A stretch of DNA of 64,000 nucleotides from Promethearchaeota archaeon (GCA_030599585.1 JAUVNS010000004.1:224001-288000); one strand, 5' to 3'; positions 47,119 to 58,014 are shown, counted from the first letter of the stretch. Program-made: numbers and translations. The notes: generated by a model from the sequence alone, not told the origin.

Positions 47119-48540
47119 TTAATCCTCCTTTAGTAGGTTCTTTGGATCCATTAATATTGCGGCTGTGACATGCGAACCGACTCCTGCGTGACTTATTGCT
47201 AAGCCTCGTTTAGCGCCCTTTACTTGCAAACTAGCCCAATCATCTGGTTTTTTACGACCAAATGCGTCCCATTTCTCTTGAGGTTCGTGTATTTCATCCC
47301 AGCGATTCCATATGTGGTACCCAATTTCTGCGATTTGCATTAATCCCGTAGCTCCTACAGCGTGCATACATCCAATTAATCCTCCACTTAAATTACTTGG
47401 TAATTTACCTGGTTTTTTGGTCTGTGGATTGATAAGATACGCATCTCCTGATTCAATGTAATCCCTGCCCTCACCATATGGGCGTAATCCTACATCTTCA
47501 TAAGATTGAATGTCACTAATAGTAAATGCATCATGAAGTTCAATTACATCAAGGTCCTCAATTGGATCTTTAATACCCGCCATTCCATAAGCGTAATATG
47601 CTGCCATTCTAGCTGCTAAAAATCCTGTGAACCCCGGATACCTATCGGATCCTGGGAATCTTTTTGCTAAATCTTTATATGTATCAGGTGTTTCGTTTGG
47701 TAATAGCGGAATTTCCATTTTTCTTCGGTCAGCAACTCTTAAGGTATGACTTCCTGCTGCGATATAAATTCTAAGGGGGTTATCCGTAATTTCATAAGCT
47801 GTTTTTTCATCGCAAACAATACCACATGCAGAACCTACGCTCATCAAACAGCAATCCAATGCCCTAAGTGGATAGGCAACAATAGGCGAATTTTTTACAT
47901 CTTCAATAGTTATCTTCATTGGTGCTTGAGCATGGGGGTTCATACGTGCATATCCCCGATTTTTTACAGCAATTTCTGCCATCGTATCGCGAAATGAATC
48001 TTCTTCCTTTCCAAAGATTTTCCAATACCTTTGAGCCATGACTGCGTAATAGCCTGTGTAAATATGTCCTAGCGGGGTTTCCCAATCTTTATCTGCAGCA
48101 GCAGAAATAAGATGGTTCCCTTCATCTGTGGGTACTTCATCCATTCTCTCCCAGCCTAATGCCAGAGCGCAATCACTATATCCTGACGCAACTGCTTTTA
48201 CGGCTTCCCACATGGTGGATCCTCCAGTAGCTCCGCCTGTTTTTACTCCAATGTTTCCAAGAGGATCTAATCCGAGTCTATCGTGAATTACTGATTCTCC
48301 TAAAAGCTGATCGCCAAAATGATCGGCAAAATGACCGTAATAGCAAGTATGAATGTATTGTTTTAATTCAGAAGGGGTCATATTGACAAAATCAGCAGCA
48401 GCAGTAAGTGCTTGAATGCAAAGCTCTTCAGTTCGAGTTTCTGGAAACGCTCGATCGAACTTAGACATCCCTACTGTAGCTAAATATACTGGTCTCATTA
48501 ATTTGGGAATTTTTAGTTGTTTATCACTAAATTTTATCAT
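47119..48540 (-). CDS. SCP2-type thiolase-fold protein lacking nucleophilic Cys
   Basis: KTGGATGG, ELHDAF, SGGLIGCMHAVGATG, HAGVGS. Confidence 0.85.
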   Translation of the reverse strand: MIKFSDKQLKIPKLMRPVYLATVGMSKFDRAFPETRTEELCIQALTAAADFVNMTPSELKQYIHTCYYGHFADHFGDQLLGESVIHDRLGLDPLGNIGVKTGGATGGSTMWEAVKAVASGYSDCALALGWERMDEVPTDEGNHLISAAADKDWETPLGHIYTGYYAVMAQRYWKIFGKEEDSFRDTMAEIAVKNRGYARMNPHAQAPMKITIEDVKNSPIVAYPLRALDCCLMSVGSACGIVCDEKTAYEITDNPLRIYIAAGSHTLRVADRRKMEIPLLPNETPDTYKDLAKRFPGSDRYPGFTGFLAARMAAYYAYGMAGIKDPIEDLDVIELHDAFTISDIQSYEDVGLRPYGEGRDYIESGDAYLINPQTKKPGKLPSNLSGGLIGCMHAVGATGLMQIAEIGYHIWNRWDEIHEPQEKWDAFGRKKPDDWASLQVKGAKRGLAISHAGVGSHVTAAILMDPKNLLKED

Positions 48541-48718
48541 TATTTAATCACTCCAATGTTCTATTTCTTGGTTTATTATTTGATTTTAAACTTCTAATAG
48601 ATATGATATCTTAATTTCACTTTGATTAAAAGATTTCTAATTATTCTTGCATCAAAATAATGGGAAAAGATTCCTATTTGGATTATTGAAGATAATTTTA
48701 ATATTTTAGGGAAATAGT

Positions 48719-50062
48719 ATGATAATTATGGATACAAGAATTAGAGAGTTCGAAAAAATCAAAATTCAAAAATATGTTCCAGAATTGGATTTACTAAACA
48801 ATCCCGTCCTTAACGCTCAAGAAAAAGAATTCTTAGCAGAACTATATGAATTTATGGAGAAGGAACTCGATCCTGAATTCATAAAGCTAGAAGATTTGAA
48901 TTATCTCGTAGAAGAACCTACTCAAGACAAAAAGAGAGATATAGTAGTTGACATAATGAAGAAATTATCGGATAAAGGCTATTATTCAACAATACTCAAT
49001 ACCGAAGAATATGAAGTAGGAAGAATTACTAGAAACGCGTTAATAGCTTATGCAATATGCGGTGGTCGATGGAGTGAATACAGCGAGCGATATATCGCTG
49101 GAAATTATAGCGTAGAAATGGGTAGGCTTGCTGGGGGTACGCTTTATTGTAATCCTGTGAATTACGCTTCTGATGATGCACAGAAGGAACAATTTTTGAT
49201 TCCTGTCGCTAGAGATGGTCAAATTGGTGCTTCTGCTATGACTGAATTTAACGCGGGTTCTGACATTTTCAGAATGGAGTTAGCTCTGCAAGAAAGGAAC
49301 GATATGATTGTTGCTAAAGGCAAGAAATTGTTCATTACCAACGGTATGATTGCTGATTTCATTGTATTATATGGAAGGTTAAATAATGGACAATTAGCAG
49401 CAGTTGTTGTAGATACAAAAAATCAACAATTAAAAAACTTTCGAAGTGCTAGGGTTAGAACTTATGGAATGACTGATGCCTTTGTTAGCAGATTAATATT
49501 TGACAGGGTTGAGCTCCCAAAAGAAAGTTTGCTTAAAGGTCATGGTTTAGATATTGCTTTTCACCAATTAACAGAAGAAAGGCTTGTAATAAGTGCTGAA
49601 GCTTTAGGAGACACAATGAAAAAATTGATATATTCTCATGCATATGCCCTCCAACGTCGACAGTTCGAACGTAGATTACACCAATACCAAGTTATTAGAT
49701 TTCCAATCTCCCGTAAGATTCGTGAATTAAATTTATTGATCTCTGCTTTGATCCAATATGTACGACAATTAGATAAACATCCCGAATTAGCGGGTTCAAA
49801 GTTGATGGCAGCTAATACTATGGGTCTGAAAATTAGTACTACAGAATTAGGATTTGAAAGCGCTATTCACTGCTTTAGGACTATGGGCGGTCGAGGATTT
49901 ACTAGACAGTATGCCAATGAAATTGGTCTATTTGACCCCTACTGTATGGTACACGGTGGTGGCAGTAATTATGTCTTAGAGGATAGTGAATCTAGAAGAT
50001 TTTTTAAATATAAACCTCCTCGTAGAGAAATTGAGGATACGGTCACAAAAATAGATTACTAA
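48719..50062 (+). CDS. acyl-CoA dehydrogenase (divergent; LCAD/IVD-type catalytic arrangement)
   Basis: AMTEFNAGSD, GKKLFITNG, LTEERL, RRQF, MGGRGF, HGGGS. Confidence 0.8.
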   Translation: MIIMDTRIREFEKIKIQKYVPELDLLNNPVLNAQEKEFLAELYEFMEKELDPEFIKLEDLNYLVEEPTQDKKRDIVVDIMKKLSDKGYYSTILNTEEYEVGRITRNALIAYAICGGRWSEYSERYIAGNYSVEMGRLAGGTLYCNPVNYASDDAQKEQFLIPVARDGQIGASAMTEFNAGSDIFRMELALQERNDMIVAKGKKLFITNGMIADFIVLYGRLNNGQLAAVVVDTKNQQLKNFRSARVRTYGMTDAFVSRLIFDRVELPKESLLKGHGLDIAFHQLTEERLVISAEALGDTMKKLIYSHAYALQRRQFERRLHQYQVIRFPISRKIRELNLLISALIQYVRQLDKHPELAGSKLMAANTMGLKISTTELGFESAIHCFRTMGGRGFTRQYANEIGLFDPYCMVHGGGSNYVLEDSESRRFFKYKPPRREIEDTVTKIDY

Positions 50063-50197
50063 GATTATGACTTGTGTATTAACCATACAAAAGAAACCTA
50101 TAGAGCTTGTGTGAAATTTCCTCTAACACAATTTAGTTTTATTATAATTTTGCACCGATATTATTATTAAAACCTTATTCTTTTTTTATGTAGTATA

Positions 50198-51169
50198 ATG
50201 GACTACTCTTATAATTTCGAAACATATGATATTTCTCGCCTTGCAGATCAATATAAAGGCAAAACAATCGAAGGACTCTTTCCAAACCATACAGTTGTAA
50301 GAAATAAAATGGGTCAATTTATGGAAATTGTATGGAATGAAGAAGAATTTCAATGCGATATAAATCTCTCGCTTTCTAAGAGAAAAATTCTTAGAAATTT
50401 AAAGACAATATATTATATTGGTGATAATATTGAACGTCAGCTTAACAGAAAAGGCGTTAAGTCTTTGTACGATTTAAAAATTAACTTAAAATATAACGGC
50501 TCCGCCTATAGACTATTAGAATTGATTAAAAGTAGAAATTATAAGAGTTTATGCAACAATAAAAATATTTACGATTTAGATGTAGCTTTTTGCTTTGATT
50601 TGGAAGAACTATTATTTATTGATATCGAGACGCTAGGATTATATGATAGTCCTATTATCATGATAGGGTTAGGCTATTTTAAAAAAGATAAATTTGAAAT
50701 ACACATTCTATTTGCGAGGGATTTAGAAGAAGAATTTGCTATCTGTGAGCATCTAAAATCAGAACTATTACCAAAATTTACATGTTTTGTAACCTACAAC
50801 GGTAAAAGTTTTGATATTCCCTACATAGCTAATAGGTTCATGTATTTCTTTGACGAGAATCCTATGATAGCCGAAGAGGATATCCCTTATGAGAGGTCTA
50901 ATACCCAATTCCATCACATAGATTTATATCATAATTGTCGAAGAAAGTATAAAGGTAGCTTTGAAAATTATACACTAACAGATATGGAAGAAAAATTGCT
51001 GGGCTTAAAAAGAGATAATGAAATGCCAAGTGGGATTGTTGGATTGTGTTATAAAAAGTATTTAAATGCTCCTTTAAGATATGTTGGATTAGTAAAAGAA
51101 GTAATCGATCATAACTACTGGGATATCTTCTCTATGCCTTTAATTCTTCAAAAATTATTAGAAGATTAA
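50198..51169 (+). CDS. YprB-like RNase H-fold (DEDD) exonuclease domain protein
   Basis: FIDIETLGL, TYNGKSFDIPY, HIDLYH, HNYWD; upstream HhH-like segment. Confidence 0.8.
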   Translation: MDYSYNFETYDISRLADQYKGKTIEGLFPNHTVVRNKMGQFMEIVWNEEEFQCDINLSLSKRKILRNLKTIYYIGDNIERQLNRKGVKSLYDLKINLKYNGSAYRLLELIKSRNYKSLCNNKNIYDLDVAFCFDLEELLFIDIETLGLYDSPIIMIGLGYFKKDKFEIHILFARDLEEEFAICEHLKSELLPKFTCFVTYNGKSFDIPYIANRFMYFFDENPMIAEEDIPYERSNTQFHHIDLYHNCRRKYKGSFENYTLTDMEEKLLGLKRDNEMPSGIVGLCYKKYLNAPLRYVGLVKEVIDHNYWDIFSMPLILQKLLED

Positions 51170-51198
51170 TTTTTTATATTTGTAGAAATTGATTTTTA

Positions 51199-51846
51199 TT
51201 GATGGATAAAAAATTGAACATTATTTCATTAAACAGAAAAGCCTGGAATAATGTAGCTGAAAAGTACGATAATGCGAAATACAGTGAAATGAATCCCGCA
51301 ATTGATTTTTTTTGCAGAGAACTCCCTGAAAGGGCCTCCATTCTAGATATAGGTTCTGGAACTGGCTTACCCTTTGCTAAATTGTTTTTAGAAAAAGGCT
51401 TTAATTATCTAGGCGTCGATATCTCGTCCCAAATGATTAAAATAGCGCGAAAAAATGTACCCGTAGCTAAATTCAAGGAATTATCGATGACAGATTTAAG
51501 TTTTGATAAAGAATTTGATGGAGTTTTTTCACATTACACCATGCTTCTACTTAATCCCAAAATGTTTAAAGATGTGGCAAGAAGAGTGGTTAAATCTTTG
51601 AAGGCTAATGGTTTTTTCTATCTTTCCTTAAACGAACCCGGCGTAGAAAACACAGATTTAGATGAGGATGTGATCTGTGAAATAATGGGAGAAACCATGT
51701 ACTCTCGTGCCTACACGGAAGGAGAAATTCTTGATATATTCCCTTCACTAGGATTAAAAAAACTCCAAATTTATCGTGAAACACAAAATTCCAAGGAATT
51801 TGGAACTGAATATATGATGGTCTTTGTTTTTCAAAAGATCGGATAG
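51199..51846 (+). CDS. class I SAM-dependent methyltransferase
   Basis: ILDIGSGTG, GVDISSQMI, FDGV. Confidence 0.85.
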   Translation: MMDKKLNIISLNRKAWNNVAEKYDNAKYSEMNPAIDFFCRELPERASILDIGSGTGLPFAKLFLEKGFNYLGVDISSQMIKIARKNVPVAKFKELSMTDLSFDKEFDGVFSHYTMLLLNPKMFKDVARRVVKSLKANGFFYLSLNEPGVENTDLDEDVICEIMGETMYSRAYTEGEILDIFPSLGLKKLQIYRETQNSKEFGTEYMMVFVFQKIG

Positions 51847-51934
51847 ACTTCAGATAGAATTCTCTTTATATCATTCTTAACTATTATTAAATCTATAAAA
51901 TGAGGAATTTATTTATCATTATCCTTAAAATACC

Positions 51935-53800
51935 ATGAAAAAAGTATATTTGGTTGATTACGATTCTTGTAATATTCGGTTCTGTGGCCGACAATGCATT
52001 AAGAAATGTCCCATAACTCTTTCTAACGCAACATTAAAACCAAATAAAAAAAAGCAAGAAGTCCCTATTTGGGTTCAAAAATCTACAAACCAAATTAAAA
52101 TCAATAGTGAGAATTGCTTGAAATGTGGTGTGTGTGCCAATGTTTGTCCTGCAAAAGCAATTTATGTAAAAGGTATTTTAGAAGAGCCAACTGAACTGGT
52201 TCCTACTCATAAATATCCCGAAGAGGAAAAAACTGAAGGATTTCGTCTTTATAATTTACCAACTCTTACTTCGGGAAAAGTCTCTGGATTATGCGGTCCA
52301 AACGGAATAGGAAAGACTACTGTCTTAAATATCATTTCAGGAAAATTAAAACCAAATTTTGGAAATTCTAATTTAAAATCTAATCAAATCCTATGGAAAG
52401 ATGTCATAAAAAAAGTAAAAGAAAGTGAAATGCGAAATCATTTCACTGATTTATCCCAAAATGATAGAAAAATTGCGTATAAACAACAAGTTCTGCGTAT
52501 TTTGTTTGAGAAGTATCAAGGAAAGAAAGTTATAGATATTTTAAACGCAAAAAATGAAGTAAGTTCATTATTTTTCCAGAAAATTAAAAAGTATTTAGAT
52601 ATTAGTGCTATTGCTAATCGGATACTAGATCAATGTTCTGGAGGGGAGTTGCAGAGATTTGCTATTGCTTCTGTTCTTATTAAAGAAGCAGATATTTACA
52701 TTATTGATGAACCATGTACGTTTCTAGATGTGAAAAAACGAATTAAATTAGCCCAATTATTACGTGAGCGTGCTAAAGGGGTTAATAATGAGAAACCATG
52801 TCCTATATTAGTAGTTGAACACGATTTAGCGATATTAGATTATCTATCAGATACAGTCCAACTATTTTATGGTGTACCCCATCAATTTGGAATTATCTCA
52901 AGGCCTTTAACAACAAAGAAGGGTATTAACGCATATTTAACTGGGTTTTTAAAGACAGAAAACATAGAGTTCAGAGAAAAAGAATATACCTTTAAACGCT
53001 CTGCAAGCGGTCGGACATGGAGCAACGCGAAGATTTTTGCTCGTTATGGAAAAATTTCAAAGACATTTGAGTCATTTCGTTTATCTATGAACCCTGGAAC
53101 AATTTATGCTTCTGAGATTTTGGGTGTTGTTGGTGAAAATGGATGTGGTAAATCTACCTTTGCAAAAATCCTCGCAGGCGAGCTTCAGCCTGACTCTGGA
53201 TCAGAATTTGAAGGAATTCAAGCTATCGTCTCTTACAAACCACAATATATTACCCAAGAATTTTCTCAAACAGTAAGAGATTTCATCATAGAACGAGCCA
53301 TAACCTACAATTTTTCTGAGGAACTTTTACGGATATTGTATAGACCTTTAGGTGTCGATAAATTATTCGATTTACAAGTATCTGAACTCTCTGGGGGTGA
53401 ACTTCAACGTGTATTTATATGTTCTTGCCTTGCTAAGCGCGCAGATCTATATATTCTCGATGAACCTTCAGCATATTTGGATGTAGAAGAACGGATTCAT
53501 ATAGGTCAAATAATTCGAACTATTACAAAAAGAAATAATGCTGTTGCTATTTGTATAGAACATGATATTCAAATCGCTGATTCTTTAATTGACCGAGTTC
53601 TCCTTTTCACTGGAAAGCCAGGAGTTCATGGAAACACCATTGGACCCTTAAATAAACGCGAGGGGATGAACCTTTTTCTGAAAGAAATCGATGTAACTTT
53701 TCGACGGGATACCAGAACAGGTAGAGCTCGATTGAATAAAAAAAATTCTCAATTGGATAGAGCACAGCGGGCATCTGGGCAATTATGGGGTGTAAGTTAA
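51935..53800 (+). CDS. ABCE1/RLI ribosome recycling ATPase
   Basis: N-terminal Fe-S domain (C..CG.C...CP), GPNGIGKTT, SGGELQR twice, GENGCGKST, YKPQY, TFRRD...GR.R.NK..SQLD. Confidence 0.92.
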   Translation: MKKVYLVDYDSCNIRFCGRQCIKKCPITLSNATLKPNKKKQEVPIWVQKSTNQIKINSENCLKCGVCANVCPAKAIYVKGILEEPTELVPTHKYPEEEKTEGFRLYNLPTLTSGKVSGLCGPNGIGKTTVLNIISGKLKPNFGNSNLKSNQILWKDVIKKVKESEMRNHFTDLSQNDRKIAYKQQVLRILFEKYQGKKVIDILNAKNEVSSLFFQKIKKYLDISAIANRILDQCSGGELQRFAIASVLIKEADIYIIDEPCTFLDVKKRIKLAQLLRERAKGVNNEKPCPILVVEHDLAILDYLSDTVQLFYGVPHQFGIISRPLTTKKGINAYLTGFLKTENIEFREKEYTFKRSASGRTWSNAKIFARYGKISKTFESFRLSMNPGTIYASEILGVVGENGCGKSTFAKILAGELQPDSGSEFEGIQAIVSYKPQYITQEFSQTVRDFIIERAITYNFSEELLRILYRPLGVDKLFDLQVSELSGGELQRVFICSCLAKRADLYILDEPSAYLDVEERIHIGQIIRTITKRNNAVAICIEHDIQIADSLIDRVLLFTGKPGVHGNTIGPLNKREGMNLFLKEIDVTFRRDTRTGRARLNKKNSQLDRAQRASGQLWGVS

Positions 53801-54237
53801 ATGTTTTGCAAGAAATCATTCAAAACGGATGTAATAGCTTGAAGATCCATTAGAGCTTCACTACCACCATCAAAACTGACATCTCCGGATTCATGTGCTG
53901 CAGAAATTTCAATTGTTCCAAAAAGAATTCCTGTAAAAGTCGCCATATTGGTTGTAAAAGTTAATGAGGGATTATCGACATCACCCTCTCCATAATCCAC
54001 TTTTCCCTCTTTGAATTTAAGCCAAAATTTCTTGTTTTCATCTGATATGATTATTTGTCCTAAGAAAACCATATCTAACATGGCCATATCTTCGAATTCC
54101 TCCCTTAATCCCAGAAGTTCTGATGAGGTCTGCTTATATATTTCAAAAAGTTTGAGACAATCTCCAGGTATAGTATTGCCATCAGATAATTTTAATTTTA
54201 TTTCATTTAATAATTCTGAATTTACTATTTTTATCAC
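53797..54237 (-). CDS. SCP2 sterol/lipid-binding domain protein
   Basis: FWLKFKEGKV..GEG...NPSLTF......F.GIL.G......A..SG.V..DG pattern. Confidence 0.75.
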   Translation of the reverse strand: MIKIVNSELLNEIKLKLSDGNTIPGDCLKLFEIYKQTSSELLGLREEFEDMAMLDMVFLGQIIISDENKKFWLKFKEGKVDYGEGDVDNPSLTFTTNMATFTGILFGTIEISAAHESGDVSFDGGSEALMDLQAITSVLNDFLQNI

Positions 54238-54358
54238 CTTATAATATATGAAAAAAATATAGATTACATCTATTTCAATTTATTTATCTCATAAATATCA
54301 GATATATTGATGATAGAAACATTAAGAAACCTTATTTATTGTCCAGAATTTTTTAGAC

Positions 54359-56053
54359 ATGGTTAAAATGGAAGATTTGGAAAAAAAATTATTTGATCAA
54401 TCTTGGACCTATAAAAATAGAGAAAAGATCATTAAAAAAATGCAAAGTAGTCAATACGACGTTGTAATCATAGGTGCGGGTATAACAGGGGCAGGTATTG
54501 CAAGAGAAGCAGCAATGAGAAATTTAAATGTTGCTGTAGTAGATATGCAAGATTTTTCTGCAGGAACTTCATCGAGAAGTACAAAAATGGCACACGGCGG
54601 ACTTAGATATATAGCTTATGGCGAAACAAATTTAGTTAAAAGTGCTACTCGTGAAAGAAATTGGATGAGGGTTCAGATACCCCATTTGGTTAGACCTCTA
54701 CCATTCTTTTTGCCACTTATTGAAGGATCGAAGTTAAAAAAACGTGATATAGTAGGAGTTACAAAAATTTATGATTTTTTAAGCGATGATAAATCTGAAT
54801 TTAAAAATTACAAAAAAAGCAAATACTATACCGCTGAAGAGGTTTATGAACTGGAACCTGAATTTAATAGAGAAGGCCTTCAAGGTGGTATAGTTTATTA
54901 CGATACAAACATCGACGACGCTCGTTTAACAATTGAAATCTTAAAAGAAGCAATCATAAATGGAGCAGATTCGATAAATTACTGTAAAGTTTTTGATTAT
55001 ATCAAAAACAATGGTAAAATTGTTGGGATTAAATGTCAAGATCTAGAAAAAAAAGCCGAATTTGAAATTCGAGCTACATTAGTAATTAATGCGACAGGTA
55101 TATGGGCGGATGATCTAATAAAGAGTTACCCCGATACTATTCCAAATCCGTTAATTAGACCAACTAGGGGAGTTCATCTATTATACAAACGTGAAAATAT
55201 AGGAAATACCATGGCAAATGGGCTTTATTCAGGTGTTGATAATAGATTTTTTTTTGTCATTCCGAGGAATAAAAAGTACACACTTGTAGGAACAACTGAT
55301 ACCGATTATCAAGGTGATTTAGCAAATCCATTTTGTGATAAGGAAGATGCCGATTACTTAATTGCATCTGTTAAGTTATACTACCCGAATGCAAAATTAG
55401 AATATGAAAATATTCTTTCTACATATGCTGGAATCAGACCGTTAGTAATGCAGAAAGGAAAACCAGAAACTGAGGTTTCACGAAATCACATAATCTTTTT
55501 TTCTAATGACAATCTACTTACAATCACAGGGGGGAAGCTAACAGAATGGCGTGAAATGGCAGAAGATTTATTTGAACATATTGAAGAAAAGAAAATTTTC
55601 ACAGAGAAAAAAAAAGAGAAAAATTGGTCGCGGCAACCATTTATCATTTCTCTAGAAAAAGATGAATGGTTAGATATTTTACAAAATTCGGGCATTCATT
55701 TAGATGAGGATATATCAGACCATTTATATCAACAATATGGAAAAGGAGCAATTCATATTATCAATTTGATAAAGGAAGATGAATCTTTAAAAGAAAGGAT
55801 TATAATCGAGAATGATTTCATTTACGCTGAAATCCTTTATGTACTAAGATACGAAATGTCTCCTCATTTGATTGATGTGTTCTGTCGTCGAACAGAAATG
55901 TCATTATGGATACATCACCGAAGAGCATTAGAAGCAGCAGAAATTGTCGCAAAGCTTATGCAGAAAGAATATTCTTGGGATAATGAAACAAAAAATGAGG
56001 AAATACAGAGATACTTGGATTATGTAAAAAATTGCGTTTCATTTATTCCTTAA
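54359..56053 (+). CDS. glpD: FAD-dependent glycerol-3-phosphate dehydrogenase (GlpD/GlpA family)
   Basis: IGAGITGAG, DFSAGTSSRSTKMAHGGLRY, DDARL, NATGIW, VGTTD, GIRPL, VSRNH, GGKLT. Confidence 0.88.
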   Translation: MVKMEDLEKKLFDQSWTYKNREKIIKKMQSSQYDVVIIGAGITGAGIAREAAMRNLNVAVVDMQDFSAGTSSRSTKMAHGGLRYIAYGETNLVKSATRERNWMRVQIPHLVRPLPFFLPLIEGSKLKKRDIVGVTKIYDFLSDDKSEFKNYKKSKYYTAEEVYELEPEFNREGLQGGIVYYDTNIDDARLTIEILKEAIINGADSINYCKVFDYIKNNGKIVGIKCQDLEKKAEFEIRATLVINATGIWADDLIKSYPDTIPNPLIRPTRGVHLLYKRENIGNTMANGLYSGVDNRFFFVIPRNKKYTLVGTTDTDYQGDLANPFCDKEDADYLIASVKLYYPNAKLEYENILSTYAGIRPLVMQKGKPETEVSRNHIIFFSNDNLLTITGGKLTEWREMAEDLFEHIEEKKIFTEKKKEKNWSRQPFIISLEKDEWLDILQNSGIHLDEDISDHLYQQYGKGAIHIINLIKEDESLKERIIIENDFIYAEILYVLRYEMSPHLIDVFCRRTEMSLWIHHRRALEAAEIVAKLMQKEYSWDNETKNEEIQRYLDYVKNCVSFIP

Positions 56054-56188
56054 AACTAAAAACTTAGTCACTCTTCATTACATTTTCAATTTAACACATT
56101 TTTTAAAATTGGACTATATCAAATATAAATACTTAAGAAGTGATATAGAACATAATCATAATTTTAATTTAACTTAAAGAAGTGAAAT

Positions 56189-56863
56189 TTGTTGATATAT
56201 CAATTTGATTTTACAGAAGGTTTTTTAAGACCTTTGGCAGAATTCGCTGGATTCTTTACTTTGATCCTTGGTGTCATGTGGTTAGTTTACGCAATATACG
56301 AAGCTCAAAGAAGGGGATCGGTTAAAAAAAGAAAAGTAGAAGACTGGAATTTCGATGTTACTAAGTTCTTGAAATTTTTGACATATTTTGGCATAATCAT
56401 TGGTATCTTAAGTATCCTTAGTGGAGTAGGTGGTTTAGTTCTAGACCAAGCTCCCAGCGTTGCGTATGGCTCTAATACTCAAGATGCTAAAAGCTTGTTT
56501 GTTTCAGCATTTTTGATTATTGTAGGTATCTTTACTTTGTTAAAACCTTTAAACGACCTTCCTATATCTAGCGTGATAGGAATCCTTTTAGCATCGTTAA
56601 TAGTTGTTGTAGCCGTTTCTGCGATTCCCGATCAAGTAGTCCAAATTATAGCTGTATTCATCGATCCAAAATTGCTTTTACTAATAATTTTTATAGTGGT
56701 ATTCGCTATCGTTGCGTTGACTGTTAAATTTTATATAGGAGTTTTAATGGCAATTTCGAAAGCTATATCATGGCCTGTTTTAGCGTTCATAGTTGCAGCG
56801 TTCTGTTTATTACAAGGGTTCTTACTCTTAGTTGTAGGAGTTTCAATAACAGGATATTTTTAA
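56189..56863 (+). CDS. hypothetical multi-pass membrane protein
   Basis: About 6 hydrophobic helices; no recognised motif. Confidence 0.65.
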   Translation: MLIYQFDFTEGFLRPLAEFAGFFTLILGVMWLVYAIYEAQRRGSVKKRKVEDWNFDVTKFLKFLTYFGIIIGILSILSGVGGLVLDQAPSVAYGSNTQDAKSLFVSAFLIIVGIFTLLKPLNDLPISSVIGILLASLIVVVAVSAIPDQVVQIIAVFIDPKLLLLIIFIVVFAIVALTVKFYIGVLMAISKAISWPVLAFIVAAFCLLQGFLLLVVGVSITGYF

Positions 56864-56901
56864 TCTAATTTTTTAATCTTTTTTATTATTATTTCAATAT
56901 A

Positions 56902-58014
56902 TTATAAGAAGGTAAACCGTTGAGATGATTTTCTATTAATTTCGCCTTTAATATCGTTACTTAAATCATATTGGCAATTTGGACATTTTTTTGAATCCGT
57001 TATATCAATTTTTGTAAACCTGTATCCACTCCTTCCCAAAATTAAATGATTACAGTTTGGACAGTATGTATTTCCTCCCTTTTCGTGACTGGCATTCCCG
57101 ATATACACATAATTTATACCTTCTTTTTTAGCGATATTATACGCTCTATCTAAGGTCTCAAATGGCGTTCTTTTCATAGATGGTTGTTTAAAGTCAGGAT
57201 GATAGGCAGAAAAATGAGTAGGTGTGTTATCTCCAAGATTTTTAACAATCCAATTAGAGAGCGACTCAATATCTGCATCGCTATCGTTTAAACCAGGAAT
57301 AATAAGATTAGTGATTTCTACATGGATCCCGCCGCTTTTAAATCTTTTTGCTGTATCCAATACGGGTTGTACTGATTTAACACCACAAATAGTTTTATAA
57401 AACTCATCGGACATAGATTTAATATCTACATTTGCAGCATCTATTCCAACTTCTATTAACTCTTTAGTAGCCTCTATCGTGGAATAGCCGTTTGTTACCA
57501 ATATAGTCTTTATATCGTTTTTCTTAAGCAATCTAGTTGTATCTAATATCCATTCATGCCATATAAGAGGTTCATTATAGGTAAATGCTAAAGTTTTAGC
57601 ACCACTTTTAATGACTCTTTTCACTAATTGTTCGGGTGTCATTTCAACTAACGACATTCCACGATCCTCGTATCCTTTAATGTCATAAAAGCCATCTTTT
57701 CCATTATCTGTTGGATTTGCTTGGCTAATCGACCAGTTTTGACAATTTTGACACTTAAGAGAACACCCAATTGATGCAATTGAATAAGCAGTAGCACCTG
57801 GCCAGTAATTATAAAGGGGTTTCTTCTCAATTGGATCTAAACTGCCAGATGATATCATTGAACCATAAATTAAGGAGTATAATTCTCCATCAAAATTTTT
57901 TCTTGTTCTACATATCCCTACCTTATCCGGTAGGATAATACATTCATTAGCACATACATGACATTTAACCTTATTTTTATCAAGTTTCTCAAATAATCTT
58001 GCTTTTACCTTCAT
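56902..58014 (-). CDS. AmmeMemoRadiSam-type radical SAM enzyme
   Basis: C..C...C......G.C, DPIEKKPL, CSLKCQNCQNW.ISQ, TYNEP, TYCPNC. Confidence 0.88.
   Translation of the reverse strand: MKVKARLFEKLDKNKVKCHVCANECIILPDKVGICRTRKNFDGELYSLIYGSMISSGSLDPIEKKPLYNYWPGATAYSIASIGCSLKCQNCQNWSISQANPTDNGKDGFYDIKGYEDRGMSLVEMTPEQLVKRVIKSGAKTLAFTYNEPLIWHEWILDTTRLLKKNDIKTILVTNGYSTIEATKELIEVGIDAANVDIKSMSDEFYKTICGVKSVQPVLDTAKRFKSGGIHVEITNLIIPGLNDSDADIESLSNWIVKNLGDNTPTHFSAYHPDFKQPSMKRTPFETLDRAYNIAKKEGINYVYIGNASHEKGGNTYCPNCNHLILGRSGYRFTKIDITDSKKCPNCQYDLSNDIKGEINRKSSQRFTFL

Noticed and set aside
50066-50131. ATGA...GA hairpin after the acyl-CoA dehydrogenase, superficially like a eukaryote-type SECIS
   Set aside because: The stem is short and the upstream gene has no in-frame TGA; more likely a terminator region.
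51935-53800. ABCE1 treated as a novelty (Cys in DEPC, insertion in the Fe-S domain)
   Set aside because: Core motifs are intact and it is a universal archaeal gene; paralogy cannot be shown from this window.
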